Assembly (NCBI GenBank): GCA_951406725.2
Contig: OX597821.1
Location: 12,152,001 to 12,216,000 of the forward strand
From: Octopus vulgaris
Lineage: Eukaryota
Length of the DNA stretch: 64,000 bases
Reading direction: 5' to 3'
Positions 40,960-54,107 of the stretch are shown here, one piece after another; within the stretch, counting starts at the first letter, position 1; each line of letters starts with the position of its first letter. Under the pieces are notes generated by a model. The model saw only the letters and a list, made by a program, of their open reading frames with translations. It made no database searches and was not told the origin of the DNA. Made by a program: the position numbers and the translations under genes.

Positions 40960-41066
40960 ATTTCTTACTGATGAATCTAAGGGCCTATGGTAGATTGGCT
41001 TGATTTAATTTAATCAGGTTAGTTTACCATTAAACAGTAGACGAAACGGTGCATCGTATAAGAAAT
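40960..41066 (+). ncRNA. Type I hammerhead ribozyme, unit B2 (predicted cleavage after A41058)
   Basis: CUGAUGA 40968-40974, GAAA 41043-41046, GUA 41056-41058, 8-bp stem I. Confidence 0.87.
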
Positions 41067-41450
41067 TACAGGGTAAATGTTTTTTTAATTTTCTCCTGTA
41101 TTACGGAATTGATGTTATTTAGCGGTTGAAGCTTTTGGCTGTTATTTCTAGTGGGTGAATGGCCTATTATGGCCGCTCCTTGATTGTGATGTTGAACTTA
41201 AAAATGGTTTATGACTATTTAATTTTTTCCCGCTAGGCCGCTGGTGGCAAAAAAATTCTACAAAATTTTTTTGGCACCCTATATTGATTAATTATGAATT
41301 TTCTGGTTAATTCCGTAATGGAATCGGCGGCTTATATTTATTTGCTGCCGATAAATTTGGCGCGAGTGCGATGATTTGAAAATTTTAGGTCAGATATTGC
41401 CGAGGCAGGGACGGGAATGCCTCGTGAAAAATATCTGTTCCGACTTGGGT

Positions 41451-41557
41451 ATTTCTTACTGATGAATCTAAGGGCCTATGGTAGATTGGCTTGATTTAAT
41501 TTAATCAGGTTAGTTTACCATTAAACAGTAGACGAAACGGTGCATCGTATAAGAAAT
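41451..41557 (+). ncRNA. Type I hammerhead ribozyme, unit B3 (predicted cleavage after A41549)
   Basis: CUGAUGA 41459-41465, GAAA 41534-41537, GUA 41547-41549. Confidence 0.87.
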
Positions 41558-41781
41558 TACAGGGTAAATGTTTTTTTAATTTTCTCCTGGTTTACGGAAT
41601 TGATGTTATTTTGCGGTTGAAGCTTTTGGCTGTTATTTCTAGTGGGTGAATGGCCTATTATGGCCGTTCCTTGATTGTGATGTTGAACTTAAAAATGGTT
41701 TATGACTATTTAATTTTTTCCCACTAGGCCGCTGGTGGCAAAAAATTCTACAAAATTTTTTTGGCACCCTATATTGATTAA

Positions 41782-41813
<32 letters not shown>

Positions 41814-41825
41814 GTATATATATAC

Positions 41826-41875
<50 letters not shown>

Positions 41876-41880
41876 GTATG

Positions 41881-41919
<39 letters not shown>

Positions 41920-42629
41920 ATATTTATGTGAGTGTGTGTGTGTGTACATATACATCTACACATACATACATATATATTCTCTCTTTAATTGTTTTACTTA
42001 TTTCAGTCATTTGACGGCAGCCATTCTAGGGAACCAATATAGTGCTACTAATAATAATCATTGGACTGAATTTATAAATGTTTTAATGATTCATTACGCG
42101 CATTTCCACAATGATTATTCGTAGCATAATTACAGGACATGCCATAGAAACTATGGACTTCGGACAGATCATGTTCACGCATAAATTTCTCCAGGTGATG
42201 AGGCATTAACGGAAATTCATCTGAGGGTTTCGGCATAATAATTTTGGAGCTTTTATCCATATATTCAAAACGTTTTCCTATAACGGAATGTATGTATGTA
42301 TGTATGTATGTATGTATGTATGTATGTATGTATGTATGTATGTATGTATGTATGTATGTATGTATGTATGTATGTATGTACGTACGTACGTGCGTATGTA
42401 TGTATATATATATATATATATCCCTTCATCTTAATTTGGGCTAAGTCAGTTTATACATCCATACATACATGCATATATATATATATATATATATACATAT
42501 ATAAACAGCCTTAGCCCAAATTATGGAGAAGGTATGAGAAAATACAGAATATGATTGTCACACATTTACTTAATAATTGAAAATGCTATAATAAGCATTC
42601 TAGAGTCTATACCATCAATATCTAGTATT

Positions 42630-43160
42630 GATGTGTCTTCTGTTTGCTTTTCTAACTGCTTTTATATGTTGTTGCATACTCGAGGCTAAGTTGGTGCAAG
42701 TGGCTGAGATACTTTTCTGCCACTCTTCACGAAGTTTGGCTTGAAATTCGTTTTTTGGAGAACATTTATGCCCCTAAATGGCACCTAAATATGACCACAT
42801 ATGTTCAATGAGATTAAGGTCAGGAGATTGAGGGGGTCATTTCATCACCCGTGTTTCTTTCTCCTCAAACCGATCCATTGAGACTTTGGATGTCTGGCAT
42901 TGACCCAACCGGGGATGTTATCATTGAAAGTTTTAACGAAAGATGTTTGATAAACTTGATCAGACATGCCAGTGTAAGTTTTGGGATTCTTTCTGCTCTT
43001 ACAAGTAAATAACATTCCTGGGCCTGAAGACGACATTCAAATCCAAACCATACGCTACATTCTCCAAAATTGATTGTTGGGGCCTCACATCCTGGATGAT
43101 AAGTTCCCCAACTCTACAGCAAAGATAGACAGCTCCACGTTTTCAAAGATCTGAAGAGAA
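42630..43160 (-). pseudogene. Tc1-like (DDE) transposase relic
   Basis: Minus strand FNDN.. and PPQSPDLNLIEHMW motif at ~42795-42840. Confidence 0.7.
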
Positions 43161-43509
43161 AAGAAAATTTACAGTGCCATATCATGTGAAATTGGTTGAA
43201 CGATATTTCGGCATCTAGCGTGCCTTCGACAGGTTATTCTATTTATTTGTGTATAACTTCTGGAATTAGTTATCTCGGTCCTATATAGACTTAACAAAAA
43301 ATGAAGTAGACTGACATGTAATATTTGAACCTGTGGAAGAAAATATATCTATATAAATATAAAAATTTCAATCTTCCTAAAAACAATTTTTTTCTTTAAT
43401 TCGATTATATTATATTTTGAATTTTGTCTGAAAACAGCAAATAATGAAAATGTAAAGATTGAGTAGGAGTATATATATATATAAAATATATATATATAAT
43501 ATAGATATA

Positions 43510-43557
<48 letters not shown>

Positions 43558-43718
43558 TATGTATATATGCTAGATGCCAAAATATCGTTCAACCAATTCC
43601 ACATGATATGGCACACTTCTATTTATTTGTGTATAACTTCTGGATGAGTTACCTCTGTCCTATATAGACTTATTATTATAGTAATAATAATAATAATAAT
43701 AATAATTATTATTATTAT

Positions 43719-43790
43719 TCAGGTGACTGCCAGGAATCGATCTCGGAATCTTGTGGTTAGTAGCCCCCGCTCTTAACCACTAAGCCATAT
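43719..43790 (-). mobile_element. Short tRNA-derived SINE/pseudo-tRNA with (AAT)n tail
   Basis: Minus TGGCTTAGTGGTTAAGAGCG...GAGATCGATTCCTGG, then AATAATAAT. Confidence 0.6.
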
Positions 43791-43929
43791 TGATAGGATT
43801 GACTCTAGAATGTTTATTATACTGTTTCACTTATTAAATAAATGAGTTTCAATCATATTTTTCATATCGGCTCCAAAATTATGGCAAGGGCTGTAAATAT
43901 ATTTACACACACACAGACACTCACTCACA

Positions 43930-44004
<75 letters not shown>

Positions 44005-45261
44005 ACACACATCGGTATGCTCATGTTTTTTTTATATATGAACTTAGGTGTGCACACTTATGCATAACAGATTAGTGTTTTGAGGACGTTTTTATGAGAT
44101 AGTTTTTAAGAAATTTGTTTTAGAAATCCAACCAAACGTTAATTGGATATTAAAACGTTGAAGCAAAAATAAGCAAGTCATCATAAGCGTTTAAACTTTT
44201 AGCTTTTATTTCAACATTTCGATATCAAAATTCCTATGTGAATCGAGGATACATATAAACTGTGCTCTAAATGGAGTGGACTCAACCATGTTCTAAAATA
44301 AGTCGAAACTTAAGCTACTATAAATTGGCACGAAATTTCCGGACAACCCAATAGAATGTAGCAGTGTAAGGAACAAATAATTTGATTAGCTTCAACATTC
44401 CAGAAGAACACAAATAATTGATGCAGCATTCAAAATTTTTCACCTCCCTACAAAGTCTATAAAGTAACGAAAGCCATAAAAAACCCTGCACCCAAAGGAC
44501 ATTATCTTAACACAAATAGACATGAGGCATACGAACTCAATCCGTGTCTTCTGAAACTCATTACCCATTGCATAGTAGCAATACTCCTGATCACAGAGGA
44601 TCCATTAATGACATAATCCGTTGAAAGCGTGGCTAGCACTATCGAATTTCCTTATTTAAAATTTAAAATTAATGCCTGTCTTTCTCTTGCTTCTCCTCGC
44701 CTTTTCCCTCTTTAATCCATCTCTCACCCTCACTCTCTCTCTCCCTCACTCTCTGCGCTAAAGATTAGCGGAAAGCGACTAATGCAGCATTTCATGCTAA
44801 GCTCTTTATCCTTCGGTATGCAAAGACAGTAGTAATGTGTTTCTATTTATATAAATATTCCTAACTGGCATAAAATGAAGAATAATTACATAAAATGCAT
44901 CTTTAATTTTGTTATATAAGTTGTTCCAGCATAAAATACATATTATCAATCAAAGTACCGACCAAAGCGTAATATGAAATTTAATACTGATATCAGAGCT
45001 AGTAATGGTTTCTGACTATCTAAAATAAAGATTACAATCAAGTTCTCTTCAGCGACCGAAATCGAAGGGATCATTATCCTCTGGTGTGTGACCAAACAGT
45101 AATGAAACTTTTCAGCTAAGCATCCTAATACTTGTATGTTGGAAGAGAGTAACAAGATGCTTTTACATTTATATGTTGTCTGTAACAGAGTGCTTAATAA
45201 TACGTACATTCATTTATATACACACGCGCACGTCGATATCTATAAATAATGCAGTCTATCT

Positions 45262-45500
45262 AAGGCACTTTATTTCACGTGAATCCTAATCATTCAACTG
45301 TAGAAATGAATTGCGACATCACAGGCACCAAGCTGTAGCGACCTTTGCATTTCCATTGGAAAACATCGGTAGCGTGGAGATGGGAGGCTGGTATGCACAG
45401 GTGAATGCTGGAATTTCATAAACAATCTTGTACGGACTTGTGTCTCGGAGAGGAACTTTGTAGGTACTATTCCCTGGTCATTCATGACCGAAGGGTCCCC
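45262..45500 (+). mobile_element. SINE family 4, body/tail fragment
   Basis: Reverse complement of 51457-51690. Confidence 0.75.
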
Positions 45501-45699
45501 ATATATACCAGCATAAAATCACGAGTTTAAGATTTCTCTATCAAGGCAAATATGTTAGAAAACGTAAATTCGTTCGATTATCCCTTCGCTTATTCTTTCT
45601 GTATATAGATATTTGCTTGTGCGTCTAAATAGAATTCCATATGTACCTGTGTGCACACACACACACACACACACACACACGCGCGCGTAGGCGCATATG

Positions 45700-45754
<55 letters not shown>

Positions 45755-45756
45755 CA

Positions 45757-45902
45757 CCTTCGGTCATGACTGGCCATGGGATTGCACCTAGAAAGGTACC
45801 CTCCCAGGCAAGAGTCCGGCCAAGGTTGCTCATGGAGGACCAGCAGTCGCCCATGCATACCGGCCTCCCCTCTCCACGCCACGCCACCAGTGCTGTCCAA
45901 GG
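45757..45902 (-). mobile_element. SINE family 4, tail fragment
   Basis: CTTCGGTCATGACT..CAGCAGTCGCCCATGCATAC shared with 51457. Confidence 0.75.
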
Positions 45903-46490
45903 TAAATTATATCCTCGAAAAGCAGGAAAAAATTATTCCGAAATAAATAATAATAAATTTCTTTTTCAACAATATAATCGGAAATGATAAAAGTAACGAT
46001 AAAAGTCATTGAAAGAATGCCATTGGTTATAGTTATGCTGTTACATGTTGTCCAAAACAAGGATGAGCAAGTATTAGATTGTTGAAATTCAAAACACTTA
46101 GTATGATACGATAGGTTCAACGTTCAAAATAGACTTATTTATATTCAGCAAAAAAAAAAAAACATAAGAAAAAAGTAACTTGTATGAGTATATATAGAAG
46201 TTTAGACATATTGTGTATTATATTGTGTATTATTCATTGTATTACATCATATTCAAGAGTATCTTGCATTTGTCATATTCCGTTTGACATTACATGGTTC
46301 TGGATTTATTTAGATGAATGCAAACTACTTGCAGAAATACAATCGCATTCCAGAAAATACATATATATTATATATCAATATTTGTGTCCCGAATTGCTTT
46401 TTTATTCACTTGGATAAATATTGTATGTTATCTCCAAAAACGTAGTTTATGGAGCACTCTAGTGGATTCCTGATTTAAGAGACATTAATA

Positions 46491-46540
<50 letters not shown>

Positions 46541-47482
46541 GCATATATGTATTTATAAAATACACGGATATACACACACACATATATGCATATACGCACA
46601 CTCATACATAAGCACAAGCATGCACATATGTTCACACACATGCTTAGTAACATAAACCAACAGTGTTATAGCTGAACATATCAAAGTATATCTAATCGAA
46701 ATAGATTCATATATTTATTCTGCCATCATAAATACTGGTTACATGAAAGACAAATACATATCCTCTTTAACTTGGTGACACACACAGAAGAGGTAAAAAA
46801 AAAAACACACTGTATGATTAACAAGCCAGAAATGCCTTTGAACATTTGCAGAAATATAAATGCTTTCTGAAATACATGTACTATTTCAACAATACAGTCA
46901 AACACATTGAACATAAATACCCGGTTATGTTTTCGTAATGCTAATGTGATGATATATTGCATATCATAAATATTATATAATGTATGATATCCTATTGCTG
47001 AGATATAACTTGGTTCGATTTGTTACACACTTGTAGATTTAGTAATTAAATTGTACGGCTTAATTAAATCATCCTTTTATTTACACATTATAAAACATTA
47101 TTGTTGATGAACGAATACATTGTTGAGTGTGAATAGTTTGTTTCTTATGAATATTTGTTGCGCTTGGTGCATTGTTTAAGAATGATTAAACCGGCGTTAT
47201 AATACGTAGAGAGATATATACAATATAGCCACGAAACGCGCGTGGACTCTTTACTAGGATTATTTGTTGTTTTTGCAGTATACTATTTATTGTTTTTGTA
47301 CTTTATTGGGTTTTAGAATAAGGTTTTTATAGCATATGTTTTCTCAATGGTGTGAATTATTGAATTGTTGAATATATATACATACATTTATATATACATA
47401 CTTTCATACATACACACACGCACACACACATATATATATATATATGTATATATATATAGATATATATGTATATATATATATA

Positions 47483-47758
47483 TCACGTGATCACGTGACC
47501 GACCAGTCCATCAGATGTAATTACACATCGCTGATCACAATGCGTTCGCTGGCTAAGCGAGCAGGCCAACAGAAGAAAGAATGAGAGAAAGAGTGGTGAA
47601 AGAGTACAGCAGGGATCACCACCATCCCCTGCCGGAGCTTCGTGGAGCTTTTAGGTGCTTTCGCCCAATAAACACTCACAACGCCCGGTCTGGGAATCGA
47701 AACCGCGATCCTACGACCGCGAGTCCGCTGCCCTAACCACTGGGCCATTGCACCTCCA
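47483..47758 (-). mobile_element. SINE family 3, full copy
   Basis: GGAGGTGCAATGGCCCAGTGGTTAGGG...GGTTTCGATTCCC head; tail GTCACGTGATCACGTGAT. Confidence 0.85.
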
Positions 47759-47775
47759 CATACACACGCACACAT

Positions 47776-47870
<95 letters not shown>

Positions 47871-48195
47871 CTTAGTTCTATCATGTTATTGACGATAAAT
47901 TTATTGCTGCCTTGTAGATGACATCTCTAATACTTTCCGAGATTCATATAGGGATCTCATTTTCACAGACAGAAAACATCTTATTTTTTGCGGCATAAGG
48001 AGCGACCTCCACATGTAGTTTACACCACACATACACACACACACACACACACTCACACTAACACACACACACATGTATATATACACATACATATACATAT
48101 ATACATACGCACACATAGACATACATGCACACTATATATAAATATATATATAGCTATACAGAGAGAGAGGGAGAGAGAGAGAGAAAAGGGGGGAC

Positions 48196-48234
<39 letters not shown>

Positions 48235-48247
48235 CAGACAGATAGAC

Positions 48248-48281
<34 letters not shown>

Positions 48282-48325
48282 ATAGAAAGATTTATAGATA
48301 GATAGATAGATAGAAAGATTTATAG

Positions 48326-48394
<69 letters not shown>

Positions 48395-48703
48395 TTCTTC
48401 GACGTTTTATATGCAAAAGTTACATAGCAGTATTTATTTTTATTCACAAATGCATTGCAGGAATTGCATTCACTGAAATCTGGAAGTTATATTCTTTATT
48501 GAATGTACTGCAGCTCAAAAGTATATTTTCATATTATTTATTATTGCGCGTAGTTCTGAAATTTTCACATCATTGTTTTACGCAATTTTGCATGTTGTTT
48601 GTGCATATTGTCATATCGTGGAAGCAGTAGGTAAAATCCAATAAAAGCCATACGAACAAGTGAATCGTGAATTTTAGACTGTTAAACAAAGAAAAGAAAT
48701 ATC

Positions 48704-49117
48704 AGGCGCAGGATTGGCTGTATGGTAAGTAGCTTGCTAACCAGCCACATGGTTCCGGGTTCAGTCCCACTGCATGGCACCTTGGGCAAGTGTCTTCTGC
48801 TATAGCCCCGGGCCGACCAATGCCTTGCGAGGGGATTTGGTAGACGGAAACTGAAAGAAGCCTGTCGTATATATGTATATATATATATACATGTGTGCGT
48901 ATGTGTTTCTGTGTCTGTGTTTGTCCCCCTAGCGTTGCTTGACAACCGATGCTGGTGTGTTTACGTCCCCGTCACTTAGCGGTTCGGCAAAAGAGACCGA
49001 TAGAATAAGTAGTGGGCTTACAAAGAAGAAGTCCCAGGGTCGTGTTGCTCGACTACAGGCGGTGCTCCAGCATGGCCACAGACAAATGACTGAAACAAGT
49101 AAAAGAGTAAAAGAGTA
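48704..49117 (+). mobile_element. SINE family 1, full copy
   Basis: AGGCGCAGGATTGGCTGTATGGTAAG..GGGTTCAGTCCC head; (AAAAGAGT)n tail. Confidence 0.88.
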
Positions 49118-49750
49118 TCATGTAAGTATTTTACCCACACTGAATAAATAACAGAAAGTTAGCAAAGGATAAGTTACTGCTAAACATGCCTTAGAGCACC
49201 GTGGTTTTTACTTGAGTAGTTTAAAACGAAAATTAATCCACATATCATTTTAAGACTTCGAACTTTGCGACGTTAGCCGTAATACTATTCTAACCTGAGT
49301 TTTATAGCCATTGGTCTATTTTAACTTCACAGAGTTTTAGCATTAGCGAAAATACGAAAAACCATGACTCGATGCTCAAAGAAGAAAGACAAACATTGAA
49401 TTGTTACCTCGCGAGAAAGATTATACGGAGCGAGTACAATCCTCGCATATATACAAGCATCTATTTAAAATATTCTTTGGTCTCCTTCCAACAGAACTGT
49501 CTTGGGTTGCTGACATGGATACCCATCTCCGACTATGATGCTTCGTATCTCCGTAACAAAAACAATATTTAAAATCATTCGAGGGATGGATGGCCGAATG
49601 TGCGTAGCAAAATACTTTGTGTCGGTACGGTTCTTCAGGTTCTGCATTCAAACGTATTCCATTTCAGCGCAAATATCAGTCAACCGCGGACAATTTCTTG
49701 AACTTAGCTCTCCTTCCAAATTTTTCGTTGAGCCCGTCTTAAATATATAC

Positions 49751-49865
<115 letters not shown>

Positions 49866-50755
49866 TGAACATACATAAACATATATATAATATAAATGTA
49901 TGTGTATATATATAGGTATGAAATCGCAAATATTTTCATATGACATTTTCCATGATATACCTTTTCTGACATGTTATCTTAGTATTTAATCTTTTAACCT
50001 TTTCAACACAGTTTTCCACTTTAATTTTTGTAATCGCTGTTTCGCTTTATATTGAGCGCATAACCTTTAAATTATTTTCTCTGTTTCCATTTTCCATTGA
50101 TGTAAGTTACTTACATTATCGTGCTTTCTTTTTCATTCGCTGTCACTATCTTCACACAACATTTTTTTCAGTTTATATGATTCAGAAAAAGTTCACCTTA
50201 CTCATTCGTGTGGAGTTACATACACACACACACACACGCGCATACACACACACACAAACACACACACACACACACGCACACGCACACTTACGAACACACA
50301 CAGACACACACAAAACACATACACACACACACACGTACAGACACGCGTACACACACACACAAAGACATACTCACATACAGACACGCACACACCCACAAAC
50401 ACACACACACTTCCATACGCATATCCTCATAAATACTTTCACGTATGCACAATGTTATGTGTAAGTTGATATGTCTCTGTGTACACCTTGGTACATCTAC
50501 ACATCGATGTATATAATAGTTCAAATAAGTCTTTTGAAATATTTCTGAAGTGTGAGTGATGATTGCCACAAAAATCTCAGTACTTTTTTAAAATTCTAAG
50601 TCTTCGTTTATTATATGTGCCACAAGAGGCGCAATGTGAAACAGTTTACTGGTCTACAACCGGAGGATAAATTAACGTAGACGCATACGTATATAAATGG
50701 ACAGCTCCTTCTTATATGATTGCCGTCTCTCTTGACTTCTTCGTTCACAATGGTA

Positions 50756-51012
50756 TACTCTTTCTCTTTTACTCTTTTACTTGTTTCAGTCCTTTGACTG
50801 CGGCCATGCTGGAGCACCGCCTTTAGTCGAGCGACTCGACCCCGGGACTTATTCTTTTTTTGTAAGCCCAGTACTTATGTTATCGGTCTCTTTTTGCCGA
50901 ACCGCTAAGTAACGGGGACATAAACACACCAGCATCGGTTGTCAAGCAATGCTAGGGGGACAAACACAGACAAGGCTATAGTAGAAGACACTTGCCCAAG
51001 ATGCCACGCAGT
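50756..51012 (-). mobile_element. SINE family 1 with internal deletion
   Basis: Tail joined directly to core at ACAAACACAGACAAGGCTATAG. Confidence 0.8.
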
Positions 51013-51456
51013 ATATCTGACTTTACTTCACTGCCCTCTCAGAAGACAATACGAAGCCACTTTTTCATCACTATACGACATTGGGTAGACGAATGTTATC
51101 ATCATACAGATACAATTGTATGTGATTGAATTATAATCATAAACGCTTGTACAAACACGAGTACCACTACCTGTGTCTCCAGGAACAGTACTGACGACAG
51201 ACGACCAGTAATCGCATGAAACTCGAAGTTTATATTTCTGCGTCCCTTACGAAGGAAGTGGCTGTGACAACAGCTAGATGTTCCCTCACACCAGTGGCAT
51301 TCTATTTAAACAAAAGGTGGCACGCCGGAAGGTAGTTTTACAACTGCCAGGGTAGATGTGCGAGCATCAATAGGTAAGAGGTGCTTCCGTGCTCATCAAA
51401 ACACTGGAACCCCTAAACCAGTGCCCACACATATAAACAGACTCAAGCACACATAT

Positions 51457-51775
51457 GATCATGACTGAACATTGTATTGCACCTCGAAAGTTAACCTCCC
51501 AGGCACAAGTCCGGGCAAGATTGTTTATGAAAGAGCAGCAGTCGCCCATGCATACTGGCCTCCTCTCTCCGTGCCACCAGTGTTATCCAAGAGAAAGGCA
51601 AAGGCTGACACAGCTTAGTACCTGTGACGTTGCAACTCATTTCTACAGCTGAATGAACTAGAGCAATGTGAAATAAAGTGTCTTGCTCAAGAACTCAACA
51701 AGCAGCCCGGTCCGGAATTCGAACTCACAACCTCACGATCGTAACCTTGTCGCTCTAACCACTGAGCAATGCGAC
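51457..51775 (-). mobile_element. SINE family 4, full copy (tRNA-like head)
   Basis: Minus CGCATTGCTCAGTGGTTAGAGCG...GAGTTCGAATTCC head; TTGAGCAAGACACTTTATTTCAC core. Confidence 0.8.
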
Positions 51776-51786
51776 TAAACATTGTG

Positions 51787-51867
<81 letters not shown>

Positions 51868-52162
51868 GGGGGGTGTATAAACTAATACACCACTCATATA
51901 TTTGTATATATAAATACATGCATATATATATAAACCGAGTATATCGAGAGTTTAGTTCACAGGTGAGGCTAGAAATAGGGATCTGTGTTAAGCTTCTGTG
52001 TTAGCAGGCATGTATTATATTGGGGGTGGGGGAGGACAACAAAAATCAAGTCTGGATGAGTATTTCAAGTCATATAATAATTTGATTAGTGTAAATTTGA
52101 AGTCGTACAGCTGTCTCTGGGATGTCCCAAGTGTCAGGCTCGCATGTCCGTACACTGGGTAT

Positions 52163-52400
52163 TCTTATTTCTTTATTGCCCACAAGGGGCTAAAGATAGA
52201 GGGGACAAACAAGGACAGGCAAAGGGATTAAGTCAATCATATCGACCCCAGTGCGTAACTGGTACTTAATTTTCCACCCCCGAAAGGATGAAAGGCAAAG
52301 TTGACCTCGGCGGAATTTGAACTCAGAACGCAGCGGCAGTCGAAATACCACTAAGCATTTCGCGCGGCGTGCTAACGTTTCTGCCAGCTCGCCGCCTTAA
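52163..52400 (-). mobile_element. SINE family 2, full copy
   Basis: Reverse complement of 6500-6735. Confidence 0.85.
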
Positions 52401-53014
52401 CACTTGGTATTCTGTCATCAGAGACAAGTTGGGCATGTATGAAAGTTCTAGACAGGGAAATTCACATGTGTATGTGTGTATGTGTGTGCTCTGATTGTAT
52501 GTAGTTTCTCCTTCATCGCTGAACAGCCGGTGTTGGTGTGTTTATGTCCTCCTAAATCAAAGCGGCTGTTCAGTGAAACATGTCGATAAAATGACTATAA
52601 TGTTTTAGAAAAATGTATGTACAGTTTGGAGAGTGGGCAATTAATTGTTATAATATTCCTCAAGGCCGTGACCCAGTATGGCTGCAGTTTAATGTACAAG
52701 TGAAGTAAAAGATAAAAGATCCGGTATTCAGTCGCAAGATATTACATTCCTGCGAATCCGGTGTGACAGATTGCAAGAATTTTATCAGCGCCCGAAAATA
52801 TAAAACCAAATTTGACTCCCGCGAATGTAAAATCGTAGAGCAGAAATAGTTGAAACAAATCCTCCGAAGCATACTATTCATCATTTGAAATAACCTGCAA
52901 GTTGTCCGGTTAAGTGAACGAACTTTCTAACCACATAACCATGCATGCGTTATATTATATTGTTATATTCCCAAATATTTCAGAATACAGAGCTGTCACA
53001 TGCTAAATAGATAT

Positions 53015-53221
53015 ACTCTCTTTACTCTTTTACTTGCTTCAGTCATTTGACTGCGGCCATACTGGAGCACCACCTTTAATCGAGCAACTCGACCACGGGA
53101 CTTATTGTTTTGTAAGCCCAGTACTTATTCTATCGGTCTCTTTTGCCGAACCGCTAAGTAACGGGGACATAAACACACCAGCATCGGTTGTCAAGCAATG
53201 CTAGGGGGACAAACACACACA

Positions 53222-53275
<54 letters not shown>

Positions 53276-53444
53276 AATATACAACGGGCTTCTTTCAGTT
53301 TCTGTCTACCAAATCCACTCACAAGGCTTTGGTCGGCCCAAGGCTATAGTAGAAGACACTTGCCCAAGGTGCCATGCAGTGGGACTGAATCCGGAACCAT
53401 GTGGCTGGTAAACAAGCTACTTACCACACAGCCACTCCTGCGCA
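53015..53444 (-). mobile_element. SINE family 1, full copy
   Basis: Reverse complement of 48704-49117. Confidence 0.88.
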
Positions 53445-54011
53445 TATATACGTAACGTACAAGAATCATGCCCGAAATCACCCATATTTCTTCTTGTGTA
53501 AATTAATCATACATATCGGATCATCATATCAGTATAAAAGTAATTCGTATAAAAGTAATTAGATATTAGTCAACAGGTATGGAATTAAAAGAGGACAATA
53601 ATTAAATGTTATTTGCTAACCTTTCTCTTCTCTCAATACATTAATTAGTGTTTGCACCTTTAATTTACAATATCAGGTGATACTACGTATGAACACTCAC
53701 CTGAACTAAGTCAATGTGTATTAAAAGTCCTGATTGACGAATGCGCGTGGCTTGCTGGGTACACACTTGTATGAAACATTGTCGACGATTTATTAGGTCG
53801 ATAACTTTAATTACATTTGAAATTAATGCCAATTTCATCAAGAAATGAGGAAAAGAAGGAAGAAATCAAGAAGTAGTTGTAGTAGTAGTAGTGGCGATAA
53901 TGATAATAGTAATAATAATAATGATAATGCTGATGAGGTTCATAACAATGATAAGAATATCAATAACCACATTTCTCCACTAATATTCGTATTAGTAGTA
54001 TAAAACTAATC

Positions 54012-54043
<32 letters not shown>

Positions 54044-54062
54044 GCTGTTGCTACTGCTGCTG

Positions 54063-54107
<45 letters not shown>

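Larger units (their letters stand above)
39480..41781. mobile_element. Retrozyme-like array: ~491-bp hammerhead-containing monomers, ~1.8 units (minus sense) head-to-head with ~2.9 units (plus sense), in (TA)n
   Basis: Periods of 488, 492 and 491 bp; inversion junction at 40374-40375; near-identical units; no meaningful ORF. Confidence 0.9.

Noticed and set aside
39480-41781. CRISPR array or rDNA/snRNA tandem array
   Set aside because: No short repeat-spacer pattern and no rRNA/snRNA motifs; the units are ~491-bp hammerhead monomers
45262-45902. Inverted repeat suggesting a MITE
   Set aside because: Explained by two independently diverged SINE-4 fragments in opposite orientation
47680-47758. 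Functional tRNA-Arg gene (also the heads at 2261, 7400, 43719, 51700)
   Set aside because: The tRNA-like heads continue into SINE bodies or tails and lack a proper acceptor stem
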